From the human T2T-CHM13v2.0 reference genome, Homo sapiens, in assembly GCF_009914755.1 (NCBI RefSeq), contig NC_060929.1: a DNA stretch of 64,000 nt. One strand, 5' to 3'. Positions 1 to 13,240 of this stretch are shown one piece after another. Under the pieces are notes generated by a model that saw only the letters and a program-made list of their open reading frames with translations, was not told where the DNA came from and ran no database searches. The position numbers and the translations under genes are program-made. Every line of letters begins with the position of its first letter. The stretch's first letter is position 1.

Positions 1-1468
1 TGACAGTGTCTCTAAAAAATAATAATAATAACAAGATATTGTTGAGGACATTGTTCACTACATTATTCAATATTTCTCTTGATGAGAACCCATGAGATAA
101 TTGTCCTGTCTGGTCCTAGACCAGGATTAATTGACTTTCTACTAAACTGTGAATTTCGTAGCTAACACTGAGTCCCTCTTTGAGTTGACTACTCCACAGC
201 CCTGCTAATTTTGAGGCTCACTTCTGGCAAGCGCTCTCAACATAAAGTATGTGTGGTGGTTCCATTTCAGGCTTCGTCTTATTGTTTGCCATCCTTTATC
301 TAAATCATCTCTGATTTTCTCACTTATCTTGACTCTGTCTTATTATATGTGTTTTTGTAATCCACTCGTGGGATAAGGTGGAGCATAAATTCACATATAA
401 GCAAAAATGGCCAAATTTATAGGTAGATGATCATAATTATTTATATGAAAATATAACTCCAAATTACTTCCAGATGCTGTAGCTTAAGGAAATATATTGA
501 AGGGGAGCTTAAAAATATTCTACTTACTTGCCACAAGTGGCATCCTTTATGCTTTGTAGTTGAAATAATGGCATAAGACATGAGGAAAACAAAGTTTTAA
601 GGAAAAACAAGTATGAAAATGGCTGAAATACTAAGTAGACTGAATAGTCAGAATTCCAGTGATCTAAAGTTTCTTACCGGCATATTCACTCTTTTATTAG
701 AACATTGGTGTTTAGGGTAGACCCTGAGTTCAGGACCTATGTGAGGTCACGTTGCAATCAGCTTCACTGCACTATTTAATTATAGCCACAAAACACTATA
801 TAGTATCATAGCGACTAGAAGCTATTTTTTATTTTAAAAATTGATTATATTTTTTCATTTTCCTGTTTTGTTCAAAGGGAATATGTATAAGTCAAAATAA
901 ATTCTTCTCTAACCCAAAATAATTACAGAGAGAAAATGCAAATTGATAAGGCATAGATTAAATAATGAAGGCAGAGAAAATTAGCACAGCTTTCTGAAAA
1001 GAGAAAAAGATGATACAAGGCTTTAAGCATGCCAGAGACAGGAGAAATTACACACTGTCCCTTCACCAAACAGCATTAGTATCAGTAGGGGCTGCCAGAG
1101 GTACTAGTAAAATGTGGGAATTTATTGGCAAAGAATACCTGAGAAGCAGAGGCAGAGCTTACTAGTGAGACAGAAGATGAATTCCATCCTAGGAAGCCAC
1201 TATTTCCAATCTGACTACTCTACACCACCCCCTGGTTGCAGAAAATGAATATAGCAAGAGCAATCATGGTCAGGTCCCAATCACCTCTCAAATAGCATTG
1301 GAGCTGCCAAAGAATTGTGACAAAGTGACATTGTGGTCAGAATTCTTGGGAAACACATTCAGGGGAAGTACAGCTGTTGTATCTGTCCTCAGGTATTTGT
1401 CAGGCATTTAGTTGATACAGTTTTGGTGTCTGAATACTGAATCTGTTCATCAGTGTATAATATTTACC

Positions 1469-1473
<5 letters not shown>

Positions 1474-1508
<35 letters not shown>
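1474..1508 (+). repeat. (TG)17 microsatellite
   Basis: Perfect TG run seen directly. Confidence 0.97.
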
Positions 1509-1514
<6 letters not shown>

Positions 1515-1622
1515 CAGGGAGAGAGAAATTGAATGGATTCTTTTAGCTATAAACAATTGTGGGAATATATGATCTGCCTAGGCTTTCATGTGGGTTGTAA
1601 TTGTCAACTTTTTATTTCACAG

Positions 1623-1705
1623 TGTGTGGACAATATACGATGTAATGGTTTAATGACTATAGTGTTTGAAGAGAATTCCAAAGTCACTGTGCCACATATG
1701 ATTAA
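1623..1705 (+). CDS. RASGRF2: RASGRF2 internal coding exon (83 nt; probably exon 13), [27 protein letters not shown](K)
   Basis: Acceptor tttttatttcacag, donor AA|gtaagt. Translation matches the recalled RasGRF2 sequence and joins the next exon in frame (AA+G = Lys). Not in the ORF track. Confidence 0.93.
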
Positions 1706-2001
1706 GTAAGTGTGAGAATCCTTTCCTTTACATTTTAATCAAGATTAAATTGGCGGAACATGTAAAACCTTGAATAAAATACTGTGTCAATAGAATTCTG
1801 CTTCTTGTTGAGAATATGTTTCTTGACAGGAATGCAGTGATTCATATGATTCCATTATAAATGAGACTATCAAAATGGTTTTTCACATTCACAGTTTATT
1901 AACTCATAGCATAGAAAAATTGTTTTTTATACTGTTACATATGTCTTCACTCAGGACAAAATCCTAAGATGTTCAAGTTCCATATAAAAATTAAAATAAT
2001 A

Positions 2002-2315
<314 letters not shown>

Positions 2316-4114
2316 TCAGTTTTGTGCCTGATCAGTTGTTGCTGGCACCCAAATGCATCTTTTGTCCCCCACTGTGGCAGTTTACCAGTGTCTACGTCCA
2401 ATCTCATTTGTGTAACCACTTACGTACAGACCAGGACTTTTCTGCCTTTGGGTGCACAGAGGTGACACTTAATGAATTGGAATTGTTCTCCTGTTAGGAC
2501 AGAAACCTGTATCTTGGACTGTAAAGATTTTCTATTAAATCCAACATATCTATAGTACACTAGATTTATTCCCAAGGCAGAGTGAAGTTTTATGTATATA
2601 CTACTATTTTTTCCCAGCCTTATTGAGCCTGATTATCCTCAATCAGAGGAAAGAGATTTTTGCAATCTCTGTTCCTTCTGATGGCTCTATTCTTCCCTGA
2701 AGTTTGTATTCCTCCCTATGTATCTATTTCCCTATCTATAAACTATGAAGAAAAATCCCAATGTTTCTCAGAGTTAAAAGAAAAAAAATTATCTTATTGT
2801 AACTGTGTCTTCTTACTGACAGGGCGTCACTTTGTAAGCACTCACTTCCTTTTAAAACTTACCAATTATAATAGATGATTTGGGTTTGATCTCTCAAGAT
2901 TGCTTTTTAAGTGTTTACCAAAAAGGAGTTGCTGTTATCATAGGAGACTTCAGTAATGTATTATATTTTTCTTGAGTGTCTCTTAGGAAATAAAGTAAGA
3001 TTCTACTCAGTGTAATAAAAGAAAGCTAAATAATTTCATAATATTTAATTTCTTTACTTAAAATGAAAATGTAATCACGATTTTGAAGGAAAGTGGTGTA
3101 ATTAGTCAGTTTTATTTTAATTTCATGCTGGCTTCAACACATTTTTTGTCCTAGTGTTTCAAATAAGCTAATTATAGTCAAAAGATGCAAAGCTCAAAAC
3201 TACAAATAGAATGTGAAAATCATGACGCTTATTAGGTGAAAATATCCCTTTATAGGGTATGTAGACTATGACTTTCTTTTAATAATACTTGATCTCAACT
3301 TTCTTAGAAATTAGAGATTTTTTGGTGGAAAATGATGGGATAACAAGTGATTATCTAGCTCAGCCATCTTCTGGACAGGGTGATGAATTCATAAAATTTT
3401 CTCAGATCTTTTTACGAATGAGCAAATTAAGAACCAGAAAAATAAAGTTGGTTGAGGGACACATAGTGAGTGGAAGAAAGAGCCTTGTTATTTTCAAGAA
3501 TCTCAAAAGATGCACTTGGGCATTTCAAGATCAGTAATGTAACTCAAGCTAACGGGCCACCCCAGTCAGCTCCTTGGCAGGGTGAAGCTGCTCATTGAAA
3601 ATGCTCTTTCAGGCCTGCAGATGAAGTACTTCCATCTGCACTGAGCATACTTTGGGCTGGGATGTTTCTAAGAGCAAGCTAAGAAAGCAGTTGATTCCTT
3701 TTTATCCGAAAGAAAATAGATATATAATTTCAAATCCCTCAAAGCGCTGAAAGGGCTAATTAAAGGCATTCACAACTGATTCTCAGCCAACAGATTCTTA
3801 GCAAGCAATTGGCTCACTGAACGTCACTGACCCTACCCTGTAGCATATCCTTTAATCAAGTGGTGAAATTCAGGACTTCATTGATCGCCGGTCCTGAAAT
3901 GCTGCAGTGAAGGTGAACAAGGGATCTCAGAAGGGGAAGTGAAAGCTACTGGTGGTCCTCGTTGTCCACTTGGAGAGGCTGCCAGTGCAATGGTCTGAAG
4001 GTGAGGGGTTCGGGGCAGCCAGATGGGAGGTTTTACAGAATGACAAAAGCAGTGGATTGCAGGGTGGCAGTGGTAGGTGCTATTCAGGGGAATATCTTAC
4101 ACCCATTACTTTTT

Positions 4115-4520
4115 TTTAAGTGAAGACATTTTTAATACCACAGAATTTTGAAAACATAATAAAAACATAACATGTCACACTTGCAACTTATGGATTACAC
4201 AGTATTCAGAAGATAGATATCCTTAAAAGGCATTAATAAGCCAGGAAGAATGAAATAAATGAATTAGGCACTCAAATCAGGAACTTAGAAAAAGAATGAG
4301 AGACTAAACTGTAGGAAAGTGTAGGAAGGAAATAAGAAGAGACATTAATACAATATAAAAAACAGTAGAAGGGGTAAATAAAAAGAGCTGATTCTAGAGA
4401 GCAAAATACCTAACCCTATATCCATCAGTTTAATCCGAAAAAAATAAAAGGGGAGGGGTGAGGAAAGCACAAATGTACAAAATTAAAAGTCAGGAGAAAG
4501 AAATAACTGCGGATATAGCA
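4115..4520 (+). mobile_element. Old L1M ORF2-region fragment
   Basis: A-rich sequence resembling L1 ORF2 (gaacttagaaaaagaa...aaaagagctgattct...aaagcacaaatgtacaaaatt). Confidence 0.55.
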
Positions 4521-4800
4521 GTGATATCTGTGTCCCCCTGTTTGGGAGGTGTCACCCACTACTTTTTATGCACACTTTTGATATTTTGCTTTAAGGGCAT
4601 AAGCAATGCTTTCCCCCACTCCTAAAGAGGGCGTTTGGCTTCATCTTCCTAATAAAACATGACTGAATTAGAGAGAAGGAATCCACAGAGTGAGACAAAT
4701 TATTATTTACCTCTTCCATTATTAATTCTGGCTTTCCGAAAACTTGATATTTTCATAGCCCTGCCTATGCCTATATGTCTATATGTCATATAGACATACA

Positions 4801-5102
4801 CAATCAGCCCTCTACCTACCAGTCAACCGCAGATCCAAAATATTTGGAAGAAAGAAAAACAAAAAATAGCTATACAACAATAAAAAATAATACAAATTTT
4901 TAAAATACAGGATAACGTTTTACGTAATATTCACATTGTTTTAAGTATTGTAATCTAGAGATGATTTAAAGTATACAGGAGGATGTGCATAGGTTATGTG
5001 GAAATACTATACCATTTCATATCAGGGACTTGAGCATCTGTGGATTTTAATATGGTGGGGGGATTGAGGCACCAATCCCCCAAGAATACTGAGGGACAAC
5101 TG
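4801..5102 (-). mobile_element. MER2-family (TcMar-Tigger) MITE
   Basis: Reverse complement of recalled MER2 consensus (atcagggacttgagcatctgtggatttt...gagggacaactg); similar to the copy at 16528. Confidence 0.8.
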
Positions 5103-5237
5103 TGCAATTATCTCTCTCCTATCAAATGCAGTGAGAAGCCCACTCCTGAGTGTGTGATTACAAACGCTGAAATATTCAGTGGCCGAGGGGGAAGCCTCCT
5201 CCTGGTTTTACCATCATGTTCCTGCCTTTGCACGTAG

Positions 5238-5486
5238 GTCTGATGCCCGTCTTCATAAAGACGACACTGACATTTGCTTCAGTAAAACACTCAACTCCTG
5301 CAAAGTGCCCCAGATCCGTTATGCCAGCGTGGAGCGCCTCTTGGAACGACTGACAGACTTGCGGTTTCTTAGTATTGATTTCCTCAACACCTTTCTGCAC
5401 ACCTATCGTATTTTCACTACTGCCGCTGTGGTGCTGGGGAAACTCTCCGACATATACAAGAGGCCTTTCACCTCCATCCCTGTCAG
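5238..5486 (+). CDS. RASGRF2: RASGRF2 internal coding exon (249 nt; probably exon 14), N-terminal part of the REM domain
   Basis: Acceptor cctttgcacgtag, donor AG|gtacac. Encodes [61 protein letters not shown]...SIPV, a RasGEF-N (REM) signature. Confidence 0.97.
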
Positions 5487-5799
5487 GTACACCTATTGCT
5501 AGAGGTTAGCCTGTCATTCGCATATGGCCCTCTTCGTTCCGGAGTCACCATGAGGATGAGCAGGCCAGCTCTGCAAAGCAGCTCCTAGGGTGTACTAGCT
5601 TGCCTCTGAATGTACCATGCCCCTCCAGCAGAAGGCCATATGTAAAGGTCACACAGAGTTCCCCAGGCACGAAGTTGAAAACCTGAAATTTCCAGTTGGC
5701 CTTTGCTTGTTCTGTGATTATTTGTAAACGAACTCCATTGCTTTCGGCTTTTCTTTTTTCTTTCTTTCTTTCTTTTTTTTTTTGACAATTATGATTTTA

Positions 5800-5965
5800 A
5801 AACTTTAATATGCATAAGAATCAGTTGCGTGTGGTGTGGGGAGGGTGTCTTGTTAAATTGCTGGCTCTGATTCAGCAGGCCTGGTGTGGAGCCTGAGTTC
5901 TGAACGTCTAACAAGCTCCCCAGAGATCTCAATGCTGCTGTTTGGACCACAGTTTAGTAGCAAGG
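5800..5965. mobile_element. MER5-like hAT-Charlie fragment
   Basis: tgcataagaatc...tctgattcagcaggcctgg...ctaacaagctcccc...gaccacagtttagtagcaagg motif series. Confidence 0.6.
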
Positions 5966-6165
5966 GATTAGACGATGCCTAATAAGTGTCTGTGCTTCTT
6001 TGGCAGGTGGAGGGTATACATGTAGCATTTAGATTAAGGGAAGTCCAGCAATAGAAGTGCAATGAGATTGTGACCTATAAATGAAGGGAACATGTTCTTG
6101 AATGACATCTGGGAATTCATTTCACTTGGCTACAATCTCTTAGCCACTTTTGCTCTCATTTTTAG

Positions 6166-6548
6166 GTCATTGGAATTGTTTTTTGCTACCAGCCAGAACA
6201 ACAGAGGTGAACATTTGGTGGATGGCAAATCCCCACGTCTGTGTCGCAAATTCTCTTCCCCGCCACCACTGGCTGTGTCCAGAACATCTTCCCCAGTGAG
6301 GGCCAGAAAGCTGTCTTTGACTTCTCCCTTGAACCCAAAGATAGGAGCATTGGACCTGACAACTTCCAGCAGTCCCACCACCACCACCCAGAGTCCCGCT
6401 GCGTCTCCACCACCACACACTGGTCAGATACCACTGGATCTCAGCAGAGGCCTCTCTTCTCCAGAGCAAAGCCCGGGAACGGTAGAAGAGAATGTCGATA
6501 ACCCACGCGTGGATCTGTGTAACAAGCTAAAACGAAGCATTCAAAAAG
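6166..6548 (+). CDS. RASGRF2: RASGRF2 internal coding exon (383 nt; probably exon 15), Ser/Pro/Thr-rich linker with RKFS, RKLS and a destruction-box-like segment
   Basis: Acceptor ctctcatttttag, donor AAG|gtatta. Encodes [34 protein letters not shown]...LKRSIQK; phases 2/1 fit the neighbouring exons. Confidence 0.96.
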
Positions 6549-7169
6549 GTATTATCTAGCACATTTGCATAATTACACCCCACATTTGCTGGCCGCCTGC
6601 CTCCTCACCCTTCCTTTTGGAACACTGGTTCCCTTTCTTTACAACTGTAATACTTCTGCATAGAAAGTAGAATGAGCTCAATGGTTAGTTAGAAGAGAAA
6701 ATTCCTGTAGATTCTTCTGGCCCTTCTGGAACAGAAAGCAAGATTAGTTGTCCTTATGCCCCTGTAGTAAAAGGCTTATTGTGGTCAGTTGTCTATGGGA
6801 GAATAGCATATCTGAATGGTATTGCTAGAGAGTTCTTGGAATTTGGTTAAGACTGGTTGGCTGAAGAGCCTAGCATGGTGCTTTGCACACTGGGAGGTTG
6901 TGGGTACCCTCACCCGTGAGCTCAGGCTGCAGAGCTTTCTCCTCCTCCCTTATTTGCCTTAGGTACCTGTGTACCTCCAGCCTTTCCCTGCTGAGGATGA
7001 GCTAGGCTGGAAGTACCACAATGGCTTCTTTAGTTTAGTTATGAGGACAGTGCTCCATGTTATAGCAGAGGTATAGGAGAGAAATCAAATTGGAGACAGT
7101 GTTAATTGCTTGTGACGTAGCCAAAATAGTTTTTTTAAAATGTTGATTAGGTCATAGGGTTTCTGGCTT

Positions 7170-7507
7170 CAATTCTCTACTGACTTCCTGTCACACTTAG
7201 AATAAAGTACATTCTCCCTGCCAGGGCCTTCAGTTCTGTGAGACATGGATCCTGTCCCCCTCTCCAGCCCCTGCTCCTGCCACGCTCCCTCATCTACTAG
7301 GCTACTGTTACATTGATTTCCTTTTTGTGTCAAAAGCATTTTGGTCTTTCCTGCCCCAGGGTCCTTGCACTTGTTCTTTCCTCTGCTTGGCCACTTTTGC
7401 CATGTAAGCTCCATGAGATCAGCAGTCTGTCTTACTCACCTCCATACCCTCAGTGTCTTGGCCAGTGCCTGACAAGTAGTAAATTTTTGTTAAATGAATG
7501 AATGAAA
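7170..7507 (+). mobile_element. L2 3' end fragment
   Basis: Ends in the typical L2 tail ...agtagtaaatttttgttaaatgaatgaatgaa. Confidence 0.65.
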
Positions 7508-8692
7508 TAAAATATACAGTGAACTGATCGAGGGTCCTCTCTCCCATCATTTTAGCTTTCTCAGCTTGGTACGGTGTAGGGTTGGAAGAGGTGATTCTTG
7601 TTGCTTTTAAAGTCCAATGTTTCTGTAATGAAAATAAAAATGATTCACAGTGAAATTACAAACAGCTTTTAAAAAACTGTATAAGAACTGACTTATTGAT
7701 AATATAATAAAAATTGGGCAATAAATCAGACAAAGTGTCCAATTTCAAGGTGGATTGCCCAGATGGATGCATAGAGGCTTGCCTTTCTACCTGCTTGAAG
7801 CTTCTATGTGCTTCTAGCTCAGATCATTTAAATAAGCTTCCTGAGTGAAGTAGTTAATGGAATTTTAACTGGAGTGGTTGTCATAATCAAAAGTTGCACT
7901 CTTTTAAAGTCTTTAAATTGACAAGTTAGCAACTAAGGAGGAGGAAAGGGAGAAGATAATTAAAAAGTCATTAGAACAACAAGCTTAAGCAAAATCATGA
8001 TGGATTCTTATCAGGAATAATGAGGCAGCGCACAAGCTGACAAGTGCATTCAGGGTTGCACCCAGCGCCAGTGCTTGGGAAACCCTGTGGAGGGAATGAC
8101 TGGAATGGGGCATGGGGGTATGGGAAGTACAGGAGCTTTCAGATCATGGCAAGTTTTTTCACCTTCTTTACTGCACTGCGGTAGATAGGAGAGGAGAAAT
8201 CTGGAGATAAGTCGGGATTCTCTCTTTCTCTCTTTTTATTTTGTTTTATTTTGTTTTTGTTGAGGAAACCTTTAGGAACAAACATTTCAGTGTCCAACAC
8301 CAGTGGCTTGGAGGCTGTGGTTTGATTGCTCATGGGGCTGGGATGAGGATACAGTAAAGTCTGTTCAAGAATCATTGAGTGAGCCTCTTCTCTGTGCAGG
8401 ATACTGTGTGTGCTAGAGTCCACAATGGTAAATAGCACCTTCACTGTCATACTCTAGTTATGTGGATAATACAGACACAACATAACTATATGGGCAAGTG
8501 GTATAAGAGGTGTAGATAGAGTGCTCTGGAAGCTGAAGAGCAGGGAGATCACATCTGGTTGAGCAGAATTAAGAAGTGTCTTTGACATGAGCCAAAACAT
8601 ATGTGGGTTGGAAAGAAGAGATGGGAGAATTTCTGGGCAAAGAGAATATATAAGTAAAGGTGTGGTGGTAATCACTAGTGGTGAATGCCATT

Positions 8693-8694
<2 letters not shown>

Positions 8695-8723
<29 letters not shown>

Positions 8724-9005
8724 GAGATGGAGTCTCACTCTGTCTCCCAGGCTGGAGTGCAGTGGCACAATCTTGACTCACTGCAACCTCTGCCTCCCAG
8801 GTTCGAGCTATTCTCCTGCCTCAGCCTCCTGAGTAGCTGGGATTACAGGCACGCACCATCATGCCTTGCTAATTTTTGTATTTTTAGTAGAGACGGGCTT
8901 TCACCATGTTGGCCAGGCTAGTCTTGAACTTCTGACCTCAGGTGTTCCACCCGCCTCAGCCTCCCAAAGTGCTGGGATTACAGGCATGAGCCACCATACC
9001 CAGCC
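8695..9005 (-). mobile_element. Alu (AluS-type) with 15-bp TSD gtgaatgccatttct
   Basis: Poly-T then antisense Alu; TSD at 8681-8695 and 9007-9021. Confidence 0.96.
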
Positions 9006-9199
9006 AGTGAATGCCATTTCTGCAAGTATCACAAGCATCACTGCTTCTGAAAGGACAGGCTTTGTCCTGTTTTGACAGCATGGGCAGCCCTGTAGAGCAG
9101 ACCTTGTTAGTAGTCCTCTTAGGGCTTTCTAGCACGGAGTAAACTTCAAAACAACAACTCTCCTAGAGAATCTTTCTTCTCCTCCTTCTTCTTCTTACC

Positions 9200-9645
9200 A
9201 TCTTAAGTATCTTTAAGTGTATAGCTCAATAGTATTGTTGAACGACAGATCTCTATAACTTTTTCATCGTGCAAAACCGAAACTCTATAATCATTGAATA
9301 ATACCCCATTTTCTTCTCCCCCGGCCCCTGGCAACCAGCTTTCTACTTTCTGTCTCTACAGATTTGACTGCTTTAAGTTTAAGTACCTCATATATGTGGA
9401 ATCATTCAATATTTGTCCTTTTTTGAATGGCTTAGTTTACTTAGTGTAATGTCCTCAAGGTTCAACCATATGATAGCATGTGATAGAATTTCCTTTTTTA
9501 ATAGGTAGAATAATAAGAAAATGCAGTATGCAGATACTACATTTTCTTTATGCATTTATCCATCAATAGACATTTTGGTTGCTTCCACCTCTTGGCTGTT
9601 TGAATAACGGTGCAATGAATATGGTGTGCAAATATCTATTTGATA
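9200..9645 (-). mobile_element. L1MA/MB 3' region fragment
   Basis: cccctggcaacc...ctttctgtctct...atttatccatcaatagacattttggttgcttccacc antisense L1M 3' motifs. Confidence 0.7.
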
Positions 9646-9844
9646 TCAGCATGATTAAGTGTTCCACTTTAACTTGTTGTGCAGGGAATGTTCCACTTCG
9701 ATCACCAACTTCCCTAGTTTTAGTCTTCAAGGTGATGATCCAATACCTTATCATGAAAGCTGCTTGAGCTACTGTCTAGGACAAAGTAGAAATCAATAGT
9801 TTTTTTCCCTGGAACAATAAGCTGGAAAAAAGTTAGACTTGGGG

Positions 9845-12165
9845 TATCTTACTTTGTTTTGGGCTGTTATAGCAGGATATTTTAAACTAGATAATTGTAC
9901 ATGAATAGAAATTTATTTCTCACAATTCTGGAGGTTGGGAAGTTCAAGATCAAGGCACTGACATCTTGTGAGGCCCTTCTTGCTCTGTCATAACATGGTG
10001 GAAGGCAACACATAGACGTGAAAGAGAGGAGAGGGGGCCAAACTTAGGCTTTTATAAGGAATCCACTACTGCAATAATGGCATTAATCCATTTATGTGTG
10101 TAGAGGCCTCATGATATAATCACCTCTTAGAGGTCCCACCTCTCAACACTGTTGCATTGGGAATTAAGTTTTTAACATGGGAACTTTGGGGGAAACATTC
10201 AAACCATAACACTCTGTCCCTTTTCCCCCAAATTTATGTCCTTCTCACATGTAAAATATATTCATTCCATCCCAATAGCCCCCAAAGTCTTAACTTGTTT
10301 TGGCATCAACTGATAAGTCCGAAGTCCAGAGACTTACCTGAATCAGATACGGGTGAGACCTGAATCAGATATGGGTGAGACTCAAGACATGATTCATCCT
10401 GAGGCAAATTCCCTTCCAACTGTAATATGGTGGTAGGACCAGAATAGGATAGATATTCCCATTGTAAAAGGGAAAAGTAGGCAAAAAGAAAGGTATAACA
10501 TGCCTCAAGTAAGTCCAAAACCCAACGGGGCAGACATTAACTCTTAAGACTCCAGAATAATATTTCACTCCATGTGCTGCCTCCTGAGTACACTGGGGTG
10601 GGGTTGGGTGCCCAAAGCCTTAGGCAGGCCCACTCCCATGACTTTTCTGGGCTCAGCCCACATTTCAGCTCTCATAGATTAGAGCCTCTTGTCTGCAGCT
10701 CTCTCAGGCTGGTGTTGCATGCTGGCAGTTCTAGGATTTCTGCAATGGCCTCACTCTCATGGCTCCACTAGGCATTGCCCCAATGAGGACTCTCTTCAGT
10801 GTCTCCATCCCTGCAATAGGTCTCTGCCTGGGACCCTAGGCTCTCTGCAGCATCCTTTGAAATCTAGGTGAAGGAAGCTGTGCCTTCACAGCTTGTGCAT
10901 TCTGTGCACCTGCAGAATTAGCACCACATGGATGCCACCAGTGCTTTCCATGTGCACCCTCTGGTGCGGTGGCCGAAGCTGTACCTGGGTTTGCCTGGGC
11001 CACAGCTAGTGTGGCTGAGGAGCACTGCACAGGAATGTGGGGAGCAGCCCTGGGCAGCAAATGCTGTGGTCCCTTAGATTCCTCTCTGTCAACCTGGCCC
11101 TCAAGGTCCTATCTTGTCTGAAAGATCTCTGAAATACCTTTGGAGTCTTTCTCCCATTGTCTTAATGAATAACACCTGGCTCTCTTTTAGCCATACTCTC
11201 TTTAGTACTAATCTTTTTAGCGAAAGGTCACTTGGCCACAGCCTTGGTTTGCACTCCCAAAAAGGCCTTTTCACTCTTTACGTGGCTGAGCTGCAAATTT
11301 TCCAAGTCTTTCTGCTCTGTTTCCCTTTCAGTTATAAATTCTGCCTTTAAACCATTTCTTTCCTCTTGCATATATTTAAAAGTAGCCATGCAGCTTCTTA
11401 ATATTTTGCTTATAAATTTCTTCCACCAGGTATCCTAGTTCATTACTCTGAAGTTCTACCTTCCATAAAGCCCTTGGGCATAAACACAATTCACTCAAGT
11501 TCTTTGCTACTTTGTAACAAAGATGGCTTTTATGCCAGTTTTCAACACCTTGTTTCCCATTTCCATCTGAGACCTCACCAGAATTGCCTTTACTATTCAT
11601 ATTTCTACCAACATTCTATCATGACCACCTAAGTAATCTCTAAGGAGATTCAGACTCTTGAAAGCTCTTCTCTTCTTCTGAGCGCTGACTATTAGTAGCA
11701 TCATCCTTAACGCTCCATCCATGGCAATACAGGCTTTCTCTAGCCCATTCCTTCAAACTCTTCCAGCATCTGTCCATTACCCAGTTCCAAAGCCACTTCC
11801 ACATTTTCAGGTATTCGTTATAGCAGTAACCTCACTTCTCAGTACTAATTTTCTGTCTTTGTTTTGTGCTACCTGAGACTAGGTGATTTATAATGAACAG
11901 AAATGTATCTCTCACAGTTCTAGAGGCTGGCATCTTGTGAGGGCCTTCTTGCTGCATTATAATATAGTGGAAAGTATCACATGGGTGGAAAAGAGAGTGA
12001 AGTAGGCCAAACTCATTCTATTCCCAAGATAAAGGCATTCATTCATTCATGAGTGCAGAGTACTCATGATGTAGTCACCTCTTAGAGGTCTCACCTCTCA
12101 ACACTGTTGCATTGGAGTTTAAGTTTCCAACATATGAACTTTAGGGGACATATCAAATCATAGCA
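9845..12165 (-). mobile_element. MaLR (MSTD-like) element: LTR 9845-10211, internal 10212-11853, LTR 11854-12165
   Basis: Two direct-repeat LTRs sharing e.g. cacctcttagaggtc(c/t)cacctctcaacactgttgcattgg; MaLR-int-like sequence between them; degenerate 5-bp TSD tgggg/tggag. Confidence 0.85.
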
Positions 12166-12904
12166 TGGAGAGACCAAGATAAATGAGAAAGAGCTGGATC
12201 AAGCTCTTAGGGAAGGACACTGACACAGGCTTCGAAGACCTGTCAGTACAGATATTGGACAGAGTGGGATCATGTGGACACAGCCAGTGGCTGCTGGAGA
12301 GCTTTGTCATGTGGCAGCACTGATCATTCATGGCCTGGGGCCAGCAGATGGAGGGAACCTGTGAATAACAGTATGGCCGAAATATTAGGCTCTTTCTCAT
12401 ATTAGAGAATTAAGTTGAAGGCTTCATGCCTCTGCTTCTCACTGGATTTCCCCAAAACAAGTGATTTAGTGTTATATTTTTTTCAGTTAATTTATCCAGA
12501 TGGTTCATAGGTTAGAAATATCATTTTAGAGTTCCAGTACTCTAAAATAGTTAAATGCTGAGCTCTTTCCACTCTGGGTAATGGAGAAAGTCCAAGATTG
12601 TATGTATCTAGGAGGGGCCCATGGCACTTGGTGAAGCCCGTAGAGCCAACCTTTACTCCAGAGCTGTCAGCTCCTCTGCTCCCCAGGCTTCTTAGTCACA
12701 TTCACCACCTAATGCATCCCCCTTAGCTCTCATTTTACCCTGATCCCTCCCTTAATCCTTCCATTAAGCCACTTCTTTGCATCTTTATTTCTTTTCCCTT
12801 TCTATAGCTGTCCTCTAATTTCTTTTTAATGCATTTATTTCCCATCTTATACTTAAAAATATTTAAGGTGGTCATTCAGAGAGATACAGGGTACAACTAC
12901 ATTA

Positions 12905-13240
<336 letters not shown>

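Noticed and set aside
5179-5502. ORF-track 107-aa and 155-aa (6092-6559) ORFs as standalone genes
   Set aside because: They are RASGRF2 exons extended into intron; real boundaries are set by splice sites.
6130-6469. Three antisense ORFs over the 383-nt exon
   Set aside because: Shadow ORFs of GC-rich, low-complexity coding sequence; no recognisable protein.
12338-12356. CTCF-like motif gggccagcagatggaggga
   Set aside because: Mismatch at a highly conserved position (GGA instead of GGC); a single motif is insufficient.
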